A stretch of 64,000 bases of DNA, taken from positions 22,143 to 86,142 of the forward strand of contig JAZDKB010000043.1 of the NCBI GenBank assembly GCA_043803405.1, read 5' to 3'. Shown in pieces: positions 9,093 to 19,474 of this stretch. A program made the position numbers and the translations under genes. Source of the stretch: Spirochaetota bacterium. GTDB lineage: Bacteria; Spirochaetota; UBA4802; JAFGDQ01. The notes beneath the pieces are model-generated. The model worked only from the letters and a program-made list of their open reading frames with translations. It was not told the origin of the DNA and ran no database searches. The stretch's first letter is position 1. Each line of letters opens with the position of its first letter.

Positions 9093-10064
9093 ATGCGGAA
9101 AAATATTTTTAAAATACTGATCACTATTGTCTTATTGCTCTTGTATTTTTTCAGTTATAATTCCCCTGAATCTAATGCTTATGAGAAGACATATCAGCTC
9201 GATGACGCAGGCAGGCACGAGTTCAGTTTTGATATTGACCAGTATTATACGAACATTGCTTATGTTTTTTCACTGACAGATAAGCCTATCCCGAAAGAAA
9301 CTTACGCTAACGAACAGAGCCTTTATTATTATCTCGCAAGAAATATATACATGCCGAGATTTGCCATTCTTGAAGCAAGCATTTATCCGCTGCCTCTTGC
9401 CGGTGTTTACATAAAAAAAAATACCGACTGGCAGGAGGAGACCCAGATCACAAAAAATATCAATGTGGTAAAGTCTGCAACTGCGGGTTTCCCCGAGCCA
9501 TGGGCATTCTCATTCTTCCTGGGTAATGTTGTGGATTTTGTTAAGGAAAATAATGAAGTAGTAGGCAAGGGCTACAGCGGCCTTTTGTTAAGCTACGGCA
9601 ACAAGCACATTGTAGACAACATAATGGTTGATGACAACTGGATGGAAGCGGAGCTGAAACTAAAGGGTTCCGACGTAAGAAAAAAAAGAAACATTAGCTG
9701 GAGCTATGCCGTAGGATATAAGAAGCATTATAATCCGGACATCAAGGATGCGATATATATTTCTATAAAAAGAAACAGGATTGATTATTTTGTTGAAGGC
9801 GGGAATCCGGTATGGAATATATTTACGAAAAACAGCGAACAGGAATTCAGGCTGGATTTTGATCCTCAAAGGCTGAGCGAAGGAAAGATAACAAGGTATC
9901 TTTTTCTGTTCGGGAAAAAGTTCGTTGTAAATGAATATGTGGCTTTTTCATTCGGCATTGGAGCATTAAAAACCGTGGCAAGCGGTTATTCAGGCAATTT
10001 AAAACAAAGAGTGGATGAGCACTGGTCATTAATATTCCGGCCCAATGTGCATATTAATTTCTAG
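9093..10064 (+). CDS. Hypothetical exported or outer-membrane protein
   Basis: 323-aa ORF with a signal-like N-terminus and terminal Phe. Confidence 0.6.
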   Translation: MRKNIFKILITIVLLLLYFFSYNSPESNAYEKTYQLDDAGRHEFSFDIDQYYTNIAYVFSLTDKPIPKETYANEQSLYYYLARNIYMPRFAILEASIYPLPLAGVYIKKNTDWQEETQITKNINVVKSATAGFPEPWAFSFFLGNVVDFVKENNEVVGKGYSGLLLSYGNKHIVDNIMVDDNWMEAELKLKGSDVRKKRNISWSYAVGYKKHYNPDIKDAIYISIKRNRIDYFVEGGNPVWNIFTKNSEQEFRLDFDPQRLSEGKITRYLFLFGKKFVVNEYVAFSFGIGALKTVASGYSGNLKQRVDEHWSLIFRPNVHINF

Positions 10065-10109
10065 ACCAACCGTCACCTCCGAATGGTCTTACTTTTACTG
10101 CATAATCCA

Positions 10110-10796
10110 TCAATGAGTTTTAAAATAATTAAACATATTCCACGGAGCTTTTGCAGGGGGCATGCTTTTAAAAGAAAGCTCTTCATTTGAAACAGGATGA
10201 GTAAACGCAAGTTCAACGGACCACAGTGCGAGCTGCTGCCCGGGTTTATTAAGAGCAGCGCCGTATTTCTGGTCTCCCCATAACGGATTACCTATGTGCG
10301 AAAACTGCGCCCGTATCTGATGAGGCCTGCCTGTATGAAGATCGATTTTGATGAGGCTCAGGTTTTCCGTATGTTCGATTTCTTCGTATAACAGCAGGGC
10401 AAGCTTTGCTCCTTTTGCAGATTCATCAGCTATGCTGACGATATTTGTACGCTCGTCTTTCAGCAGAAAATGTCTCAGCTTATCATCCGGCTTTTCCGGC
10501 TTTCCATTCACTACAGCAAGATAAATCTTTTTGAATCTGCCGGAACGCATTTGCTCCGATAGCCGGGACGCGGCCTTGGATGTTTTTGCGAACGCCATTA
10601 CGCCTCCTGCAGGCCTGTCCAGCCTGTGCACAAGGCCAAGATAAACATTGCCTGGTTTATTATACCGTTTCTTTATATCTGCCTTAAGGAGAGTGAGCAT
10701 ATCGTCGTCATTCGACGAGTCCTTCTGGCTTGGGATGTTGACCGGCTTTTCAGCAACTATGATATGATTGTCTTCGAATATTATGCGGATCTTCAT
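10110..10796 (-). CDS. RluA/RluD-family RNA pseudouridine synthase
   Basis: HRLDRP catalytic motif, TGRPHQIR, GDQKYG. Confidence 0.92.
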   Translation of the reverse strand: MKIRIIFEDNHIIVAEKPVNIPSQKDSSNDDDMLTLLKADIKKRYNKPGNVYLGLVHRLDRPAGGVMAFAKTSKAASRLSEQMRSGRFKKIYLAVVNGKPEKPDDKLRHFLLKDERTNIVSIADESAKGAKLALLLYEEIEHTENLSLIKIDLHTGRPHQIRAQFSHIGNPLWGDQKYGAALNKPGQQLALWSVELAFTHPVSNEELSFKSMPPAKAPWNMFNYFKTH

Positions 10797-11662
10797 TTTT
10801 CATTTTCCCACCTGCCGTATATGCCGCAGGGGAGAACCAGACCGGACGCTGTTACGGGCAGCCCTACTTCGCCTGTTTTTATCCGGCCGCCGAATTTTTT
10901 CTGTACAAGCATTTTAAGAATATTTTCGAGCACTGTTGGAGAAAAGCCGGTAGTGTAGGAATTCACTAAAAAGAAAAGCGGTTTGGGAGACATTATATCA
11001 AGGCATTGTTCAATGAGGGAGTACAATGCGTCTTCAAGTTTCCATACTTCGCCGTCAGGGCCCCTGCCGTAGGAAGGCGGGTCCATGATGAGCGCGTCGT
11101 ACCGGCGGCCCCGTCTTTTTTCGCGCTTTACGAATTTGAACACATCGTCTGTTATAAAGCGCACCGGGTGATCCGCGAATCCTGAAAGAGTGAGGTTTTC
11201 CTTTGCCCAGCCGACCATGCTTTTTGCTGCATCCACGTGGCAGATCTCGGCTCCCGCTGAAGCTGCTGCTATAGTGGCAGCGCCTGTGTACGCGAAAAGA
11301 TTAATGAGCTTAACAGGGGGCTCTGCTGATTTTATTTTATTCGTTATCCACTGCCAGTTTACAGCCTGTTCAGGGAAAATGCCTGTGTGTTTAAAATCAG
11401 TAGGCCTGATATAAAAGATTAAATCTTTATATGATATTGTCCACCGCGGGGGAAGGAGGCGTTTGAATTCCCATCTCCCTCCGCCTTTCTGGCTTCTGTG
11501 GTAATGAGCATCTGTATTGTCCCATACATTTGCTTCATTATGCGCAGGCCACAGCACCTGGGGGTCGGGCCTTCTGAGAATAAATTCGCCCCAGCGTTCG
11601 AGCCTTTCGCCATTGCCAGTGTCTATGAGTTCGTATTCTTTCCAGTCGTGTGCTATAAGCAT
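10793..11662 (-). CDS. Class I SAM-dependent RNA methyltransferase (RlmI/RlmK-like)
   Basis: FKHTGIFPEQ, NLFAYTG, DPPSYGRG; 4-nt overlap with the RluA-family gene. Confidence 0.85.
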   Translation of the reverse strand: MLIAHDWKEYELIDTGNGERLERWGEFILRRPDPQVLWPAHNEANVWDNTDAHYHRSQKGGGRWEFKRLLPPRWTISYKDLIFYIRPTDFKHTGIFPEQAVNWQWITNKIKSAEPPVKLINLFAYTGAATIAAASAGAEICHVDAAKSMVGWAKENLTLSGFADHPVRFITDDVFKFVKREKRRGRRYDALIMDPPSYGRGPDGEVWKLEDALYSLIEQCLDIMSPKPLFFLVNSYTTGFSPTVLENILKMLVQKKFGGRIKTGEVGLPVTASGLVLPCGIYGRWENEK

Positions 11663-11888
11663 TTGCGGGATATGCCTCTTTGCCTGTATAATTCATCGCG
11701 TTTATGTTTTATTATTCTGTCGGAAAATAAGCCGATAATTTTAAATGCAATATTACATCTGACCTTTGTATCATTTTTACGGGATTCGTTTTTACAAATA
11801 TTATTTTCGATATTCTTCAATATAGACTCATTCATTATTTTAAATAAAATTCTTTTTAATGTTTGAGGAATCTAAATGTCCTCATATT

Positions 11889-14375
11889 TTACTTTACTAC
11901 AACATTAACAAGCTTCCCGGGAACTACAATCACTTTTACTATTTTTTTATCTTTTGTGAACTCTTTAACGCGTTCATCTGCCAATGCGATCTTTTCCATT
12001 TCGTCTTTAGGGATGTCGGCAGCTACGTTTGCCTTTGAGCGAATTTTGCCGTTTACCTGGAACACGATCTCAATTTCGTTCTTTACGCAAAGCGCTTCGA
12101 TATATTCCGGCCACCTGTGCGTAACAATCATCCCGCTCTCGCCAAGCATTTCCCACATCTCTTCTGCAATATGCGGAACAAACGGAGCGAGCATTAGCAC
12201 GAGCTTGTGGAAGATCTCTGAGAGTACAGCTTTGCCTGCGTCCGAGGCAAGTTCCCCGTCGCTTGTTTTGTAAACAGCGTTCACAAGCTCCATCATCCGC
12301 GCTATTGCTGTGTTGTACTGCATCCTTTCGCCTATGTCGTTGCTTACTGCTTTCACTGTTCTGTGAAGCTCGCCGCGCAGTTCGGTGAGAGCGGGTGTGA
12401 GGGCGAGCTTTGCCGGATCAGCGTTCTTTACATACACGGCGCCGTATTTGTCGACAAGCCTCCATATCCTGCTCAGGAATCTGAAGCAGCCTTCTACGCC
12501 CTTGTCCGACCATTCGAGGTCCTTGTCAGGTGGAGAAGCAAAGAGCATGAACGCGCGTACTGTATCTGCGCCGTATTTGTCTATGATATCATCCGGGCTT
12601 ACAGTGTTGCCCTTTGACTTGGACATTTTGTTGCCGTCCTTTATTACCATGCCCTGCGTTAAAAGCTTTTTGAATGGTTCGCCGTACGGAAGAATGCCGA
12701 GGTCGCGCATTACCTTTGTAAAGAATCGCGCGTATATAAGGTGCATGCAAGCGTGTTCCGGACCGCCTACGTACTGGTCAACAGGCATTTCTCTCTGCGC
12801 AACTTCCCTGCCTATGCACTCCTTGTCGTTTTTCGGGTCGCAGTATCTTACAAAATACCAGGATGAGTCTACGAACGTGTCCATTGTGTCCGTTTCCCTG
12901 CGCGCATCGCCTCCGCATTCGGGGCACTTTGTTTTTAAGAATGATTTCGATGTTTCCAGCGGATTACCGCTTCCTGTGAATTCAATGTCTTTTGGAAGAA
13001 CAACAGGAAGATTCTCGATTTTCTCCATAACTATGCCGCATTTGTCGCAGTATATTGCAGGTATGGGTGTGCCCCAGTAGCGCTGGCGCGAAATGAGCCA
13101 GTCTTTTAGCTTGTAATGAATGGACTTTTTGCCAATGCCTTTTGACTCCATCCAGTCAGCTATTTTTTCTATTGCTTCGATATTGCCTGTGCCGTTGAAT
13201 TGTTCCGAATTAACAAGCACGCCTTCTTCTTCATAAGCGTCCTTCATATCTTCCAGTTTAAGGTTTTTATCCTTCGGCTGTATAACGATTATCATTGGCA
13301 GGTTGTACTTTGTCGCGAATGCGAAGTCGCGCGAGTCGTGTGTTGGTACTGCCATGATCGCTCCTGTGCCGTAGTCCATGAGCACGTAATTGCCGAGGAA
13401 TATGGGCACTTTGTTCCCGTTCACCGGGTTTACCGCAAGCACGCCCGTATCGACCCCTTCCTTTTCCAGCTGAAGCATGGTCTCCACTGTTTTATCTATT
13501 GTCCTGCATTTTTCCTGGAATGCTTCGATCTCTTTTTTCTTTTTAGCATCAACCATGCCTTTGATCTTTTCTACCATGGGATGCTCGGACGCGAGCACAA
13601 CATAAGTTGCGCCGAAAATTGTGTCGCATCTTGTTGTGAACACAGGGATTTCCTCACCTGTCTTTGCTTCCTTAAAAAGAATAGTAACGCCTGTGCTGCG
13701 GCCAATCCAGTTCTTCTGCATGATTAGTACGCGTTCCGGCCAGTCGATTTCTTTATGGCCGTCCAGGAGTTCCTGCGAGTACGCTGTTGTTTTGAAGAAC
13801 CATTGGGCGAGCTCCCGCTGTGTAACAGGATTTTCGCAGCGCCAGCATTTGCCGTCGTGTACCTGTTCGTTCGCAAGCACTGTTTTACAGTCGTCGCACC
13901 AGTTGACTGAGGAATTTTTCCTGTACGCAAGCCCTTTCTCGAAAAATTTTACAAAGAACCACTGGTTCCATTTATAATAGCTTTCGTCGCATGTTGCGAA
14001 TTCTCTTGTCCAGTCGTAAGATATGCCGAGCTTTTTAAACTGGCCGCGCGCGTGGTCAATGTTCGAATAAGTCCACTCAGCAGGGTGTATTTTGTTCTTG
14101 ATTGCAGCGTTCTCCGCAGGGAGGCCGAATGCGTCGTATCCCATCGGATGAATTACATTAAAGCCCTGCATTCTCATGTAATTCGCGATTATATCGCCTA
14201 TACAGTAAACCCGCACATGTCCCATGTGAAGATAGCCTGACGGGTAGGGGAACATCTCCATTACATAATATTTCTTTTTGGCAGAATCCTTCTTTGCCGT
14301 AAAGACGTCGGCATCCGCCCATTTCTTCTGCCACTTCTTTTCAATATCCTTAAAATTATATTCCCTTTCCTGCAT
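11889..14375 (-). CDS. leuS: Leucine--tRNA ligase
   Basis: MFPYPSG, HMGH and KMSKS motifs; GTGAIMAVP editing domain. Confidence 0.97.
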   Translation of the reverse strand: MQEREYNFKDIEKKWQKKWADADVFTAKKDSAKKKYYVMEMFPYPSGYLHMGHVRVYCIGDIIANYMRMQGFNVIHPMGYDAFGLPAENAAIKNKIHPAEWTYSNIDHARGQFKKLGISYDWTREFATCDESYYKWNQWFFVKFFEKGLAYRKNSSVNWCDDCKTVLANEQVHDGKCWRCENPVTQRELAQWFFKTTAYSQELLDGHKEIDWPERVLIMQKNWIGRSTGVTILFKEAKTGEEIPVFTTRCDTIFGATYVVLASEHPMVEKIKGMVDAKKKKEIEAFQEKCRTIDKTVETMLQLEKEGVDTGVLAVNPVNGNKVPIFLGNYVLMDYGTGAIMAVPTHDSRDFAFATKYNLPMIIVIQPKDKNLKLEDMKDAYEEEGVLVNSEQFNGTGNIEAIEKIADWMESKGIGKKSIHYKLKDWLISRQRYWGTPIPAIYCDKCGIVMEKIENLPVVLPKDIEFTGSGNPLETSKSFLKTKCPECGGDARRETDTMDTFVDSSWYFVRYCDPKNDKECIGREVAQREMPVDQYVGGPEHACMHLIYARFFTKVMRDLGILPYGEPFKKLLTQGMVIKDGNKMSKSKGNTVSPDDIIDKYGADTVRAFMLFASPPDKDLEWSDKGVEGCFRFLSRIWRLVDKYGAVYVKNADPAKLALTPALTELRGELHRTVKAVSNDIGERMQYNTAIARMMELVNAVYKTSDGELASDAGKAVLSEIFHKLVLMLAPFVPHIAEEMWEMLGESGMIVTHRWPEYIEALCVKNEIEIVFQVNGKIRSKANVAADIPKDEMEKIALADERVKEFTKDKKIVKVIVVPGKLVNVVVK

Positions 14376-14466
14376 TTTATTGCTCCTGAATTAACTTAAA
14401 ATGACTATTTTATGATGCCTACTGTTTTGACCGCAAGATCTTGATTCAAAAAATATTTTAAATTTT

Positions 14467-14592
14467 GCATAGAGTCACAGAGAGACGAAGTTTTTTCTTG
14501 GTTTTTATTATAAAAATAATTAATTTGCCTTCTCTGTGACTCCGTGCCTCTGTGGCAAAATCAATTTGAAGTTACCCGGTCGAGACACTAGT
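14467..14592. repeat. Second copy of the CACNGAG-octamer inverted-repeat element
   Basis: Reverse complement of 14529-14556 (GCCACAGAGGCACGGAGTCACAGAGAAG) aligns with 4278-4305; CACTAGT at 14586. Confidence 0.65.
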
Positions 14593-14798
14593 TCAGCATT
14601 TAGTAAATTATGAGGTATACCTGCTACTTTTATGCATCCTTCGTCAATTTATTTTTATTTCAAGGCGTAATACCTCGATGCCTGCATCGATGATAATTAT
14701 AAAAATTTAATTTTTTCTTAAAATATATTTGTTTCTGAATAACGATTATGATAATATAATTTCCAGTAAAACCGGTACCTTGAAAAGGAGGGATCGCG

Positions 14799-15323
14799 AT
14801 GAATGAAAAAGAACGTTTGAATGCCCTGAAAGTGGCTCTTAATAACGAGACCAGGGAAAGAGAATTTTATCTTAAACATGCCGAAAGAACGAAAAACCCT
14901 CTTGGCAAAAAAATGTTTCAGCAAATAGGGGATGATGAACTGGAACACTATGAGAGGCTGAAACAGCTGCATCAAAAATGGATTAAGCAGGAAGCCTGGC
15001 CGGAAACTGTTCCTTTAAAAGTTAAGGATACAATTGTAAAAGACATTCTGCTTGAGTTTATAAAGAATGTTGATAAAACAGCCAAAGGAGATTCAGATGA
15101 TTTGGCTGCCGTACGGACAGCGCTTGAATTTGAGGCTAAGGGATCAAAGTTCTATGCCGGGCTGCGCGACAGTGTAACGAATCCGAAAGAAAAGGATTTT
15201 TTTGATCTCCTGTCAAAAATGGAAAGCGAGCATTATGCTTCTCTAAGGGACACTGAAGAATACTTTATTGATCCTGCTTCCTGGTATAGAAAAACAGAAC
15301 ATCACATGTTTGACGGCGCATGA
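14799..15323 (+). CDS. Ferritin-like/rubrerythrin-family protein
   Basis: Two E...FY...E-x-x-H di-iron modules (ELEH, ESEH); AAGGAGG RBS. Confidence 0.85.
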   Translation: MNEKERLNALKVALNNETREREFYLKHAERTKNPLGKKMFQQIGDDELEHYERLKQLHQKWIKQEAWPETVPLKVKDTIVKDILLEFIKNVDKTAKGDSDDLAAVRTALEFEAKGSKFYAGLRDSVTNPKEKDFFDLLSKMESEHYASLRDTEEYFIDPASWYRKTEHHMFDGA

Positions 15324-15354
15324 CCGATTTATCTCTAAGACTTTGCCGCTTTTA

Positions 15355-16749
15355 TCAGTAATACAGGTCCCTTTCGCCGTGCTTAATGCGATCAAGCTTC
15401 TTTTGTACTTCTCCGCGGAAGCCATCACTGCCTATCATGGCAAGGTTTTTTTTAATCTGCTTTTCCCCGAATACGCGCGTCTCGGGCTCAGCATAATCCT
15501 CAAGATATTCCTGGAAAGTAAGCAGGGCATTCGGGCCGCATATCTTGCCTATTTCTCCTGTCTTTGCAAGAGCCATAAAACGGTCGCCAGTGCGCCCCTG
15601 CCTGTAGCACGCTGTGCAGAAACTCGGCAGGAACCCGTCCGTGCAAAGCTCCCTGTAAATCTCGTTCGGCTTGCGCGAGTCATCAACCTGGAACTGTTTT
15701 GTATTTTCTTCTTTCTCGTCATCAGGCAGCTCTCTGTATCCGCCAACGCCTGTGCACGAACCTGCGGATATTTGTGAAACGCCGAGCTTCAGGAGACGGC
15801 GCCTTGCTTCCGCGCTTTCTCTCGTGGACAGTATTATTCCTGTATACGGCATCGCCAGCCTTACAAGAGCGATTATCTTCGCGAAGTCCGCATCGCTTAC
15901 AAGATAAGGATATTTTTTCAGATCAACGCCCTGGGCAGGACGCAGACGCGGAACGGAAACAGTGTGCGGGCCTACACCGAAGTCCGCCTCAAGCTGAGCG
16001 GCGTGCATCAAAAGTGCAATAAGCTCGTATCTGAAATCGTACAGGCCGAACAGAATGCCGGAGCCCACATCGTCAATGCCTGCCTCCATTGCCCTGTGAA
16101 ACGCAGTGAGATGGTACTCGTAATCCGACTTCGGCCCTGCGGGATGATATCTCTTATAAGAATCCTTATGATAAGTCTCCTGGAACAGAATGTATGTGCC
16201 TATGCCCGCGTCTTTCAGTTTTCTGTAATCCTCAACAGTTGTTGCGGCGATATTTACATTTACGCGCCGTATGTTCCCGTGCTCGTTCCGCACCTTGTAA
16301 ATAGTCGCAAGCGATTCAAGGACATACTCAAGCGGATTCTCTTTGGGGTCTTCCCCTGTCTCGATAGCCAGGCGCTTGTGCCCCATTGCCTCAAGAGCCT
16401 GCACTTCAAGCGCAATCTCTTCCTGCGTAAGCTTGCGGCGGACAATGTCGCTTCCGCTGTGATATCCGCAGTATGTGCAGTGATTAATGCAGTAATTGGA
16501 AAGATACAGAGGCGCAAATATTACTATGCGGTTGCCGTAAATATCTTTCTTCACCTCTTCGGCTGTCTCGAATATTCTGGCGAGCGTTTCCTTGTCTTCG
16601 CACCACAGGAGCGTTGCCGTTTCCTGAATGCTGAGGCCCTTGCCCAGTTTGGCCTTTGCTATAATTTCGTCCAGCCCGCGCTGTTTTTTTCCTTCTTCAA
16701 GATACTCCAGTACTTTTTCATGATTGATAAAATTGTAATTGCTGTTCAT
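15355..16749 (-). CDS. hydG: [FeFe]-hydrogenase H-cluster radical SAM maturase HydG
   Basis: YLSNYCINHCTYC radical-SAM motif, FQETY, and C-terminal PSFCTACYR...CGPNA auxiliary cluster motif, which separates it from ThiH. Confidence 0.95.
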   Translation of the reverse strand: MNSNYNFINHEKVLEYLEEGKKQRGLDEIIAKAKLGKGLSIQETATLLWCEDKETLARIFETAEEVKKDIYGNRIVIFAPLYLSNYCINHCTYCGYHSGSDIVRRKLTQEEIALEVQALEAMGHKRLAIETGEDPKENPLEYVLESLATIYKVRNEHGNIRRVNVNIAATTVEDYRKLKDAGIGTYILFQETYHKDSYKRYHPAGPKSDYEYHLTAFHRAMEAGIDDVGSGILFGLYDFRYELIALLMHAAQLEADFGVGPHTVSVPRLRPAQGVDLKKYPYLVSDADFAKIIALVRLAMPYTGIILSTRESAEARRRLLKLGVSQISAGSCTGVGGYRELPDDEKEENTKQFQVDDSRKPNEIYRELCTDGFLPSFCTACYRQGRTGDRFMALAKTGEIGKICGPNALLTFQEYLEDYAEPETRVFGEKQIKKNLAMIGSDGFRGEVQKKLDRIKHGERDLYY

Positions 16750-16808
16750 GTTAATGTCTCTTTAACAAATTAATATTAGGCCCGGGCCTGTTTATTTTAT
16801 TTTTTAAC

Positions 16809-17072
16809 TCATTTTTTTGTCATCAAAGCCCTTGCAGTAACCCCGCTTACATTGCCAAGCTGGCCTGTAAGCGAGTTTATTTCATCTTCAGTGCCGTCAA
16901 CGATCAAAGACACGACAGCGACTTTTCTTTCGTGATATGGAATGCCCATGCGGCCAATAACTATATGACTGTATTTGCTGATTATATTATTTATTGCTTC
17001 CTGCGATTCCTGCGGGTGTTCTATTACAATACCTAAAACACCGAGCCTTTTTATATCCATCATCTTCTCCAT
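16809..17072 (-). CDS. TM1266-family iron-only hydrogenase system putative regulator
   Basis: IGRMGIPY...LTGQLG signature; directly upstream of hydG. Confidence 0.85.
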   Translation of the reverse strand: MEKMMDIKRLGVLGIVIEHPQESQEAINNIISKYSHIVIGRMGIPYHERKVAVVSLIVDGTEDEINSLTGQLGNVSGVTARALMTKK

Positions 17073-17190
17073 TGAAAGCAGTCGTTAATGTTTGCGGAAT
17101 TCCTATTTGCCGGATTTAATTTTAACTGAAGAAAATAAAAGATGGGAAGATTGTAGTCTGTTCTTAATCTCACGGCAACAGACAGGTCTC

Positions 17191-17330
17191 AAAAATAAAA
17201 AATCCCGCCTTACCGGGTGGGAGTTAAGTTCACATAGCCGGATTGCCAAACAGTAATTATCTTACAGTTATGCAATCAGCAACTCTTCCTTCACCTCAGG
17301 CAAAACCTTGCTTTCAGGAATCCGTTTATT
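17191..17330 (-). promoter_or_regulatory. Candidate structured cis-regulatory leader with intrinsic terminator (riboswitch-like attenuator)
   Basis: Minus strand: CGGAUUCC pairs with GGCAAUCCG around small hairpins, followed by UCCCACC-CGGUAA-GGCGGGA-UUUUUU, about 120 nt before the TM1266 start. Confidence 0.55.
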
Positions 17331-17501
17331 ACAGGCTCGTTAATAAAGAATAAATCTCAATTAAAAGCCTTACAATACTATAATAAGAAAATTATGTTTT
17401 TACGTAAAGTATTATTTTTATAAATTAAACGGTTCTTTTGTTTTTATATATTATAGTTGATTTATATTTATTGAATTTAATATAATATTTTAAGGCTTAT
17501 C

Positions 17502-18077
17502 GTGTACAAATTTAAACACGCTCATATCGAGGTCAATGAAACCGTGTTAAAATATATTATTATATGTATTGCCGCATTAATCATTAACGGATGCGACCGG
17601 GCAATACCCTTACAGGGCTTCCGGCCGGATATGCTTGTCGAGAATTATACTACGACAAACTTTAAAGAAGATAAAATCGAGTGGAAATTAAAAGCAAAAA
17701 AAGCATCATATTATTATAAAGAAAAAAAATCCATTGCAGAAAAGATTGTTCTGAATTATTTTAAAAATAACAAAGAGTCGGCGATAGTTAACGCAGACAG
17801 CGCAGTAATAAATACTGAAACAAAAGATATTGATTTAATAGGCAATGTTGATATGATCTCAACAACAGGAAACAGATTGCAGACAGCAAAGATCAGGTGG
17901 AATAACAAGGACGGCAGCCTGAATACAGATGAGCACGTTAAAATAGCAAGAAGGAACGGCGATATAATCGAAGGCATTGGACTGAGAGCGGATTACAACC
18001 TTGAAAATTACGAAATAAAGAAAAGGGTAAGCGCGGTTTCCAAAAATATAAATAGCGCTAAACTAAAGAAGAAATGA
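17502..18077 (+). CDS. lptC: LPS export periplasmic protein LptC
   Basis: W-x-L-x-A...L-x-T-x-x-I-x-W...T-D-E-x-V...G-x-G pattern; first gene of the lptCAB-rpoN order. Confidence 0.8.
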   Translation: MYKFKHAHIEVNETVLKYIIICIAALIINGCDRAIPLQGFRPDMLVENYTTTNFKEDKIEWKLKAKKASYYYKEKKSIAEKIVLNYFKNNKESAIVNADSAVINTETKDIDLIGNVDMISTTGNRLQTAKIRWNNKDGSLNTDEHVKIARRNGDIIEGIGLRADYNLENYEIKKRVSAVSKNINSAKLKKK

Positions 18078-19402
18078 ATTTATTTAATAAATTACTTCTG
18101 AATATTACTTTCAGGCATTGCAATATAATATCCCGAATCAATTTCATCTGCATTAATATCCGTAAAATTATTTTTTTAATGATTCCGGTAATTATAATAT
18201 TTTTTATTCAGATCCACGCTGAAGAAAAAAAACCTGTAACAATTACCGGAAACAATGCCAAAACCAGACTTGTGGGTGATGAAAAAAACGGGAAGAATTA
18301 TTTAACTGAGATTACCGGCAACCCCATAATAAAAAGCGACAATAAGGTTCTGTATGCTGATAAACTCATTATACAGGGAAATGACGGAGAAATCATTGAA
18401 GCGATAGGGAAAGTGTTCCTTAAGGATAGGATAAAAGGCTCGAGTATAAGCGCAGGGAGAGCTTTATTTTATAAGGAAAAAGGCATCATAGAATTTTATG
18501 GAAAGCCGAATGCAATTATCAAAAGACAGGACGACGGTTCCGTTGTTAATGTCCGGTCGGACATGATGACTTATAACACGAATGATAACACTGCAGAAGC
18601 AAATGGAAAAGTAAGATTAATCAACAATGATCTTATTATTTTGTCCGGGAAAGCAGTATTCGGAAGAGAATCCAAAACAGCTGTCTTTTCCCTGAATCCT
18701 GAAATCACAAGGGGAGATGACAAGTATACTGCTGATGAGATAATATATTATACTGATAAAAAATATTTAATCCTGAATAAAAACGCGCATGTAAAGGCTT
18801 ATACCGATGAGAAAGATAAGGCTACCGGAAAAGTTACCAGATCGCTGGTTAAAGCCAGCGGCGATAAAATTGAACATTTTACCGAAGGCGAAAAAATTAC
18901 TATAATAACGGGCAGGGCAATAATAGAAAGGGAAGACTCGATATCCACAGGCGACAGATTTGAAATGAAGGGAGAAAAAGGAAGGGAAGATTTAACCGGA
19001 TCAAATGTGCACATAAACTATAAAAAAGAAAATATGGAAGCCATGGGGCAAAATTTCAAATTCTATAAAAACGAAGGCAGATCCGTGTTATGGAATAAAT
19101 CCTGCATTATTACAAGAGACGTAAAAACGGATGCAGAGAGTTCCAGAATATACGGCGATTACATGGAGCATTACAGGGACACGGACGAGCTTTACGCAGC
19201 AGGCAGAGTAAGCATAATCCGGAATGAAGGGATTATTAAAGGAGATATGGCAAAGTACGAACGAAAGAATAGTTTGCTTACAGTTACAGGAAATGCCAGA
19301 ATAGAAAAGGATAATTCCACATCGCTTGCACAGGTAATCACTATCAATACAAAAACAAGCGATACCAGGCTTCAGGGAAGCATCAGGGGAAGTAAACGTT
19401 AA
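18074..19402 (+). CDS. LptA/OstA-like multi-jellyroll protein
   Basis: Repeated A-x-G-x-V OstA motifs; lies between lptC and lptB. Start may be about 18179. Confidence 0.75.
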   Translation: MNLFNKLLLNITFRHCNIISRINFICINIRKIIFLMIPVIIIFFIQIHAEEKKPVTITGNNAKTRLVGDEKNGKNYLTEITGNPIIKSDNKVLYADKLIIQGNDGEIIEAIGKVFLKDRIKGSSISAGRALFYKEKGIIEFYGKPNAIIKRQDDGSVVNVRSDMMTYNTNDNTAEANGKVRLINNDLIILSGKAVFGRESKTAVFSLNPEITRGDDKYTADEIIYYTDKKYLILNKNAHVKAYTDEKDKATGKVTRSLVKASGDKIEHFTEGEKITIITGRAIIEREDSISTGDRFEMKGEKGREDLTGSNVHINYKKENMEAMGQNFKFYKNEGRSVLWNKSCIITRDVKTDAESSRIYGDYMEHYRDTDELYAAGRVSIIRNEGIIKGDMAKYERKNSLLTVTGNARIEKDNSTSLAQVITINTKTSDTRLQGSIRGSKR

Positions 19403-19474
19403 TTTTTTAAAATATATTTTTCTGGCTTTTTTGAATGATATGGTGTATCTTATAATAAAAGTATTTTTTAAAAT

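Noticed and set aside
15355-16749. ThiH (thiamine synthesis) with a TPP riboswitch
   Set aside because: The C-terminal CxxC-x22-C motif and TM1266 neighbour indicate HydG, and the leader lacks the TPP consensus.
11863-16773. Long antisense ORFs (e.g. 12385-13080, 15964-16773)
   Set aside because: Shadows of the GC-richer leuS and hydG genes, with no motifs.
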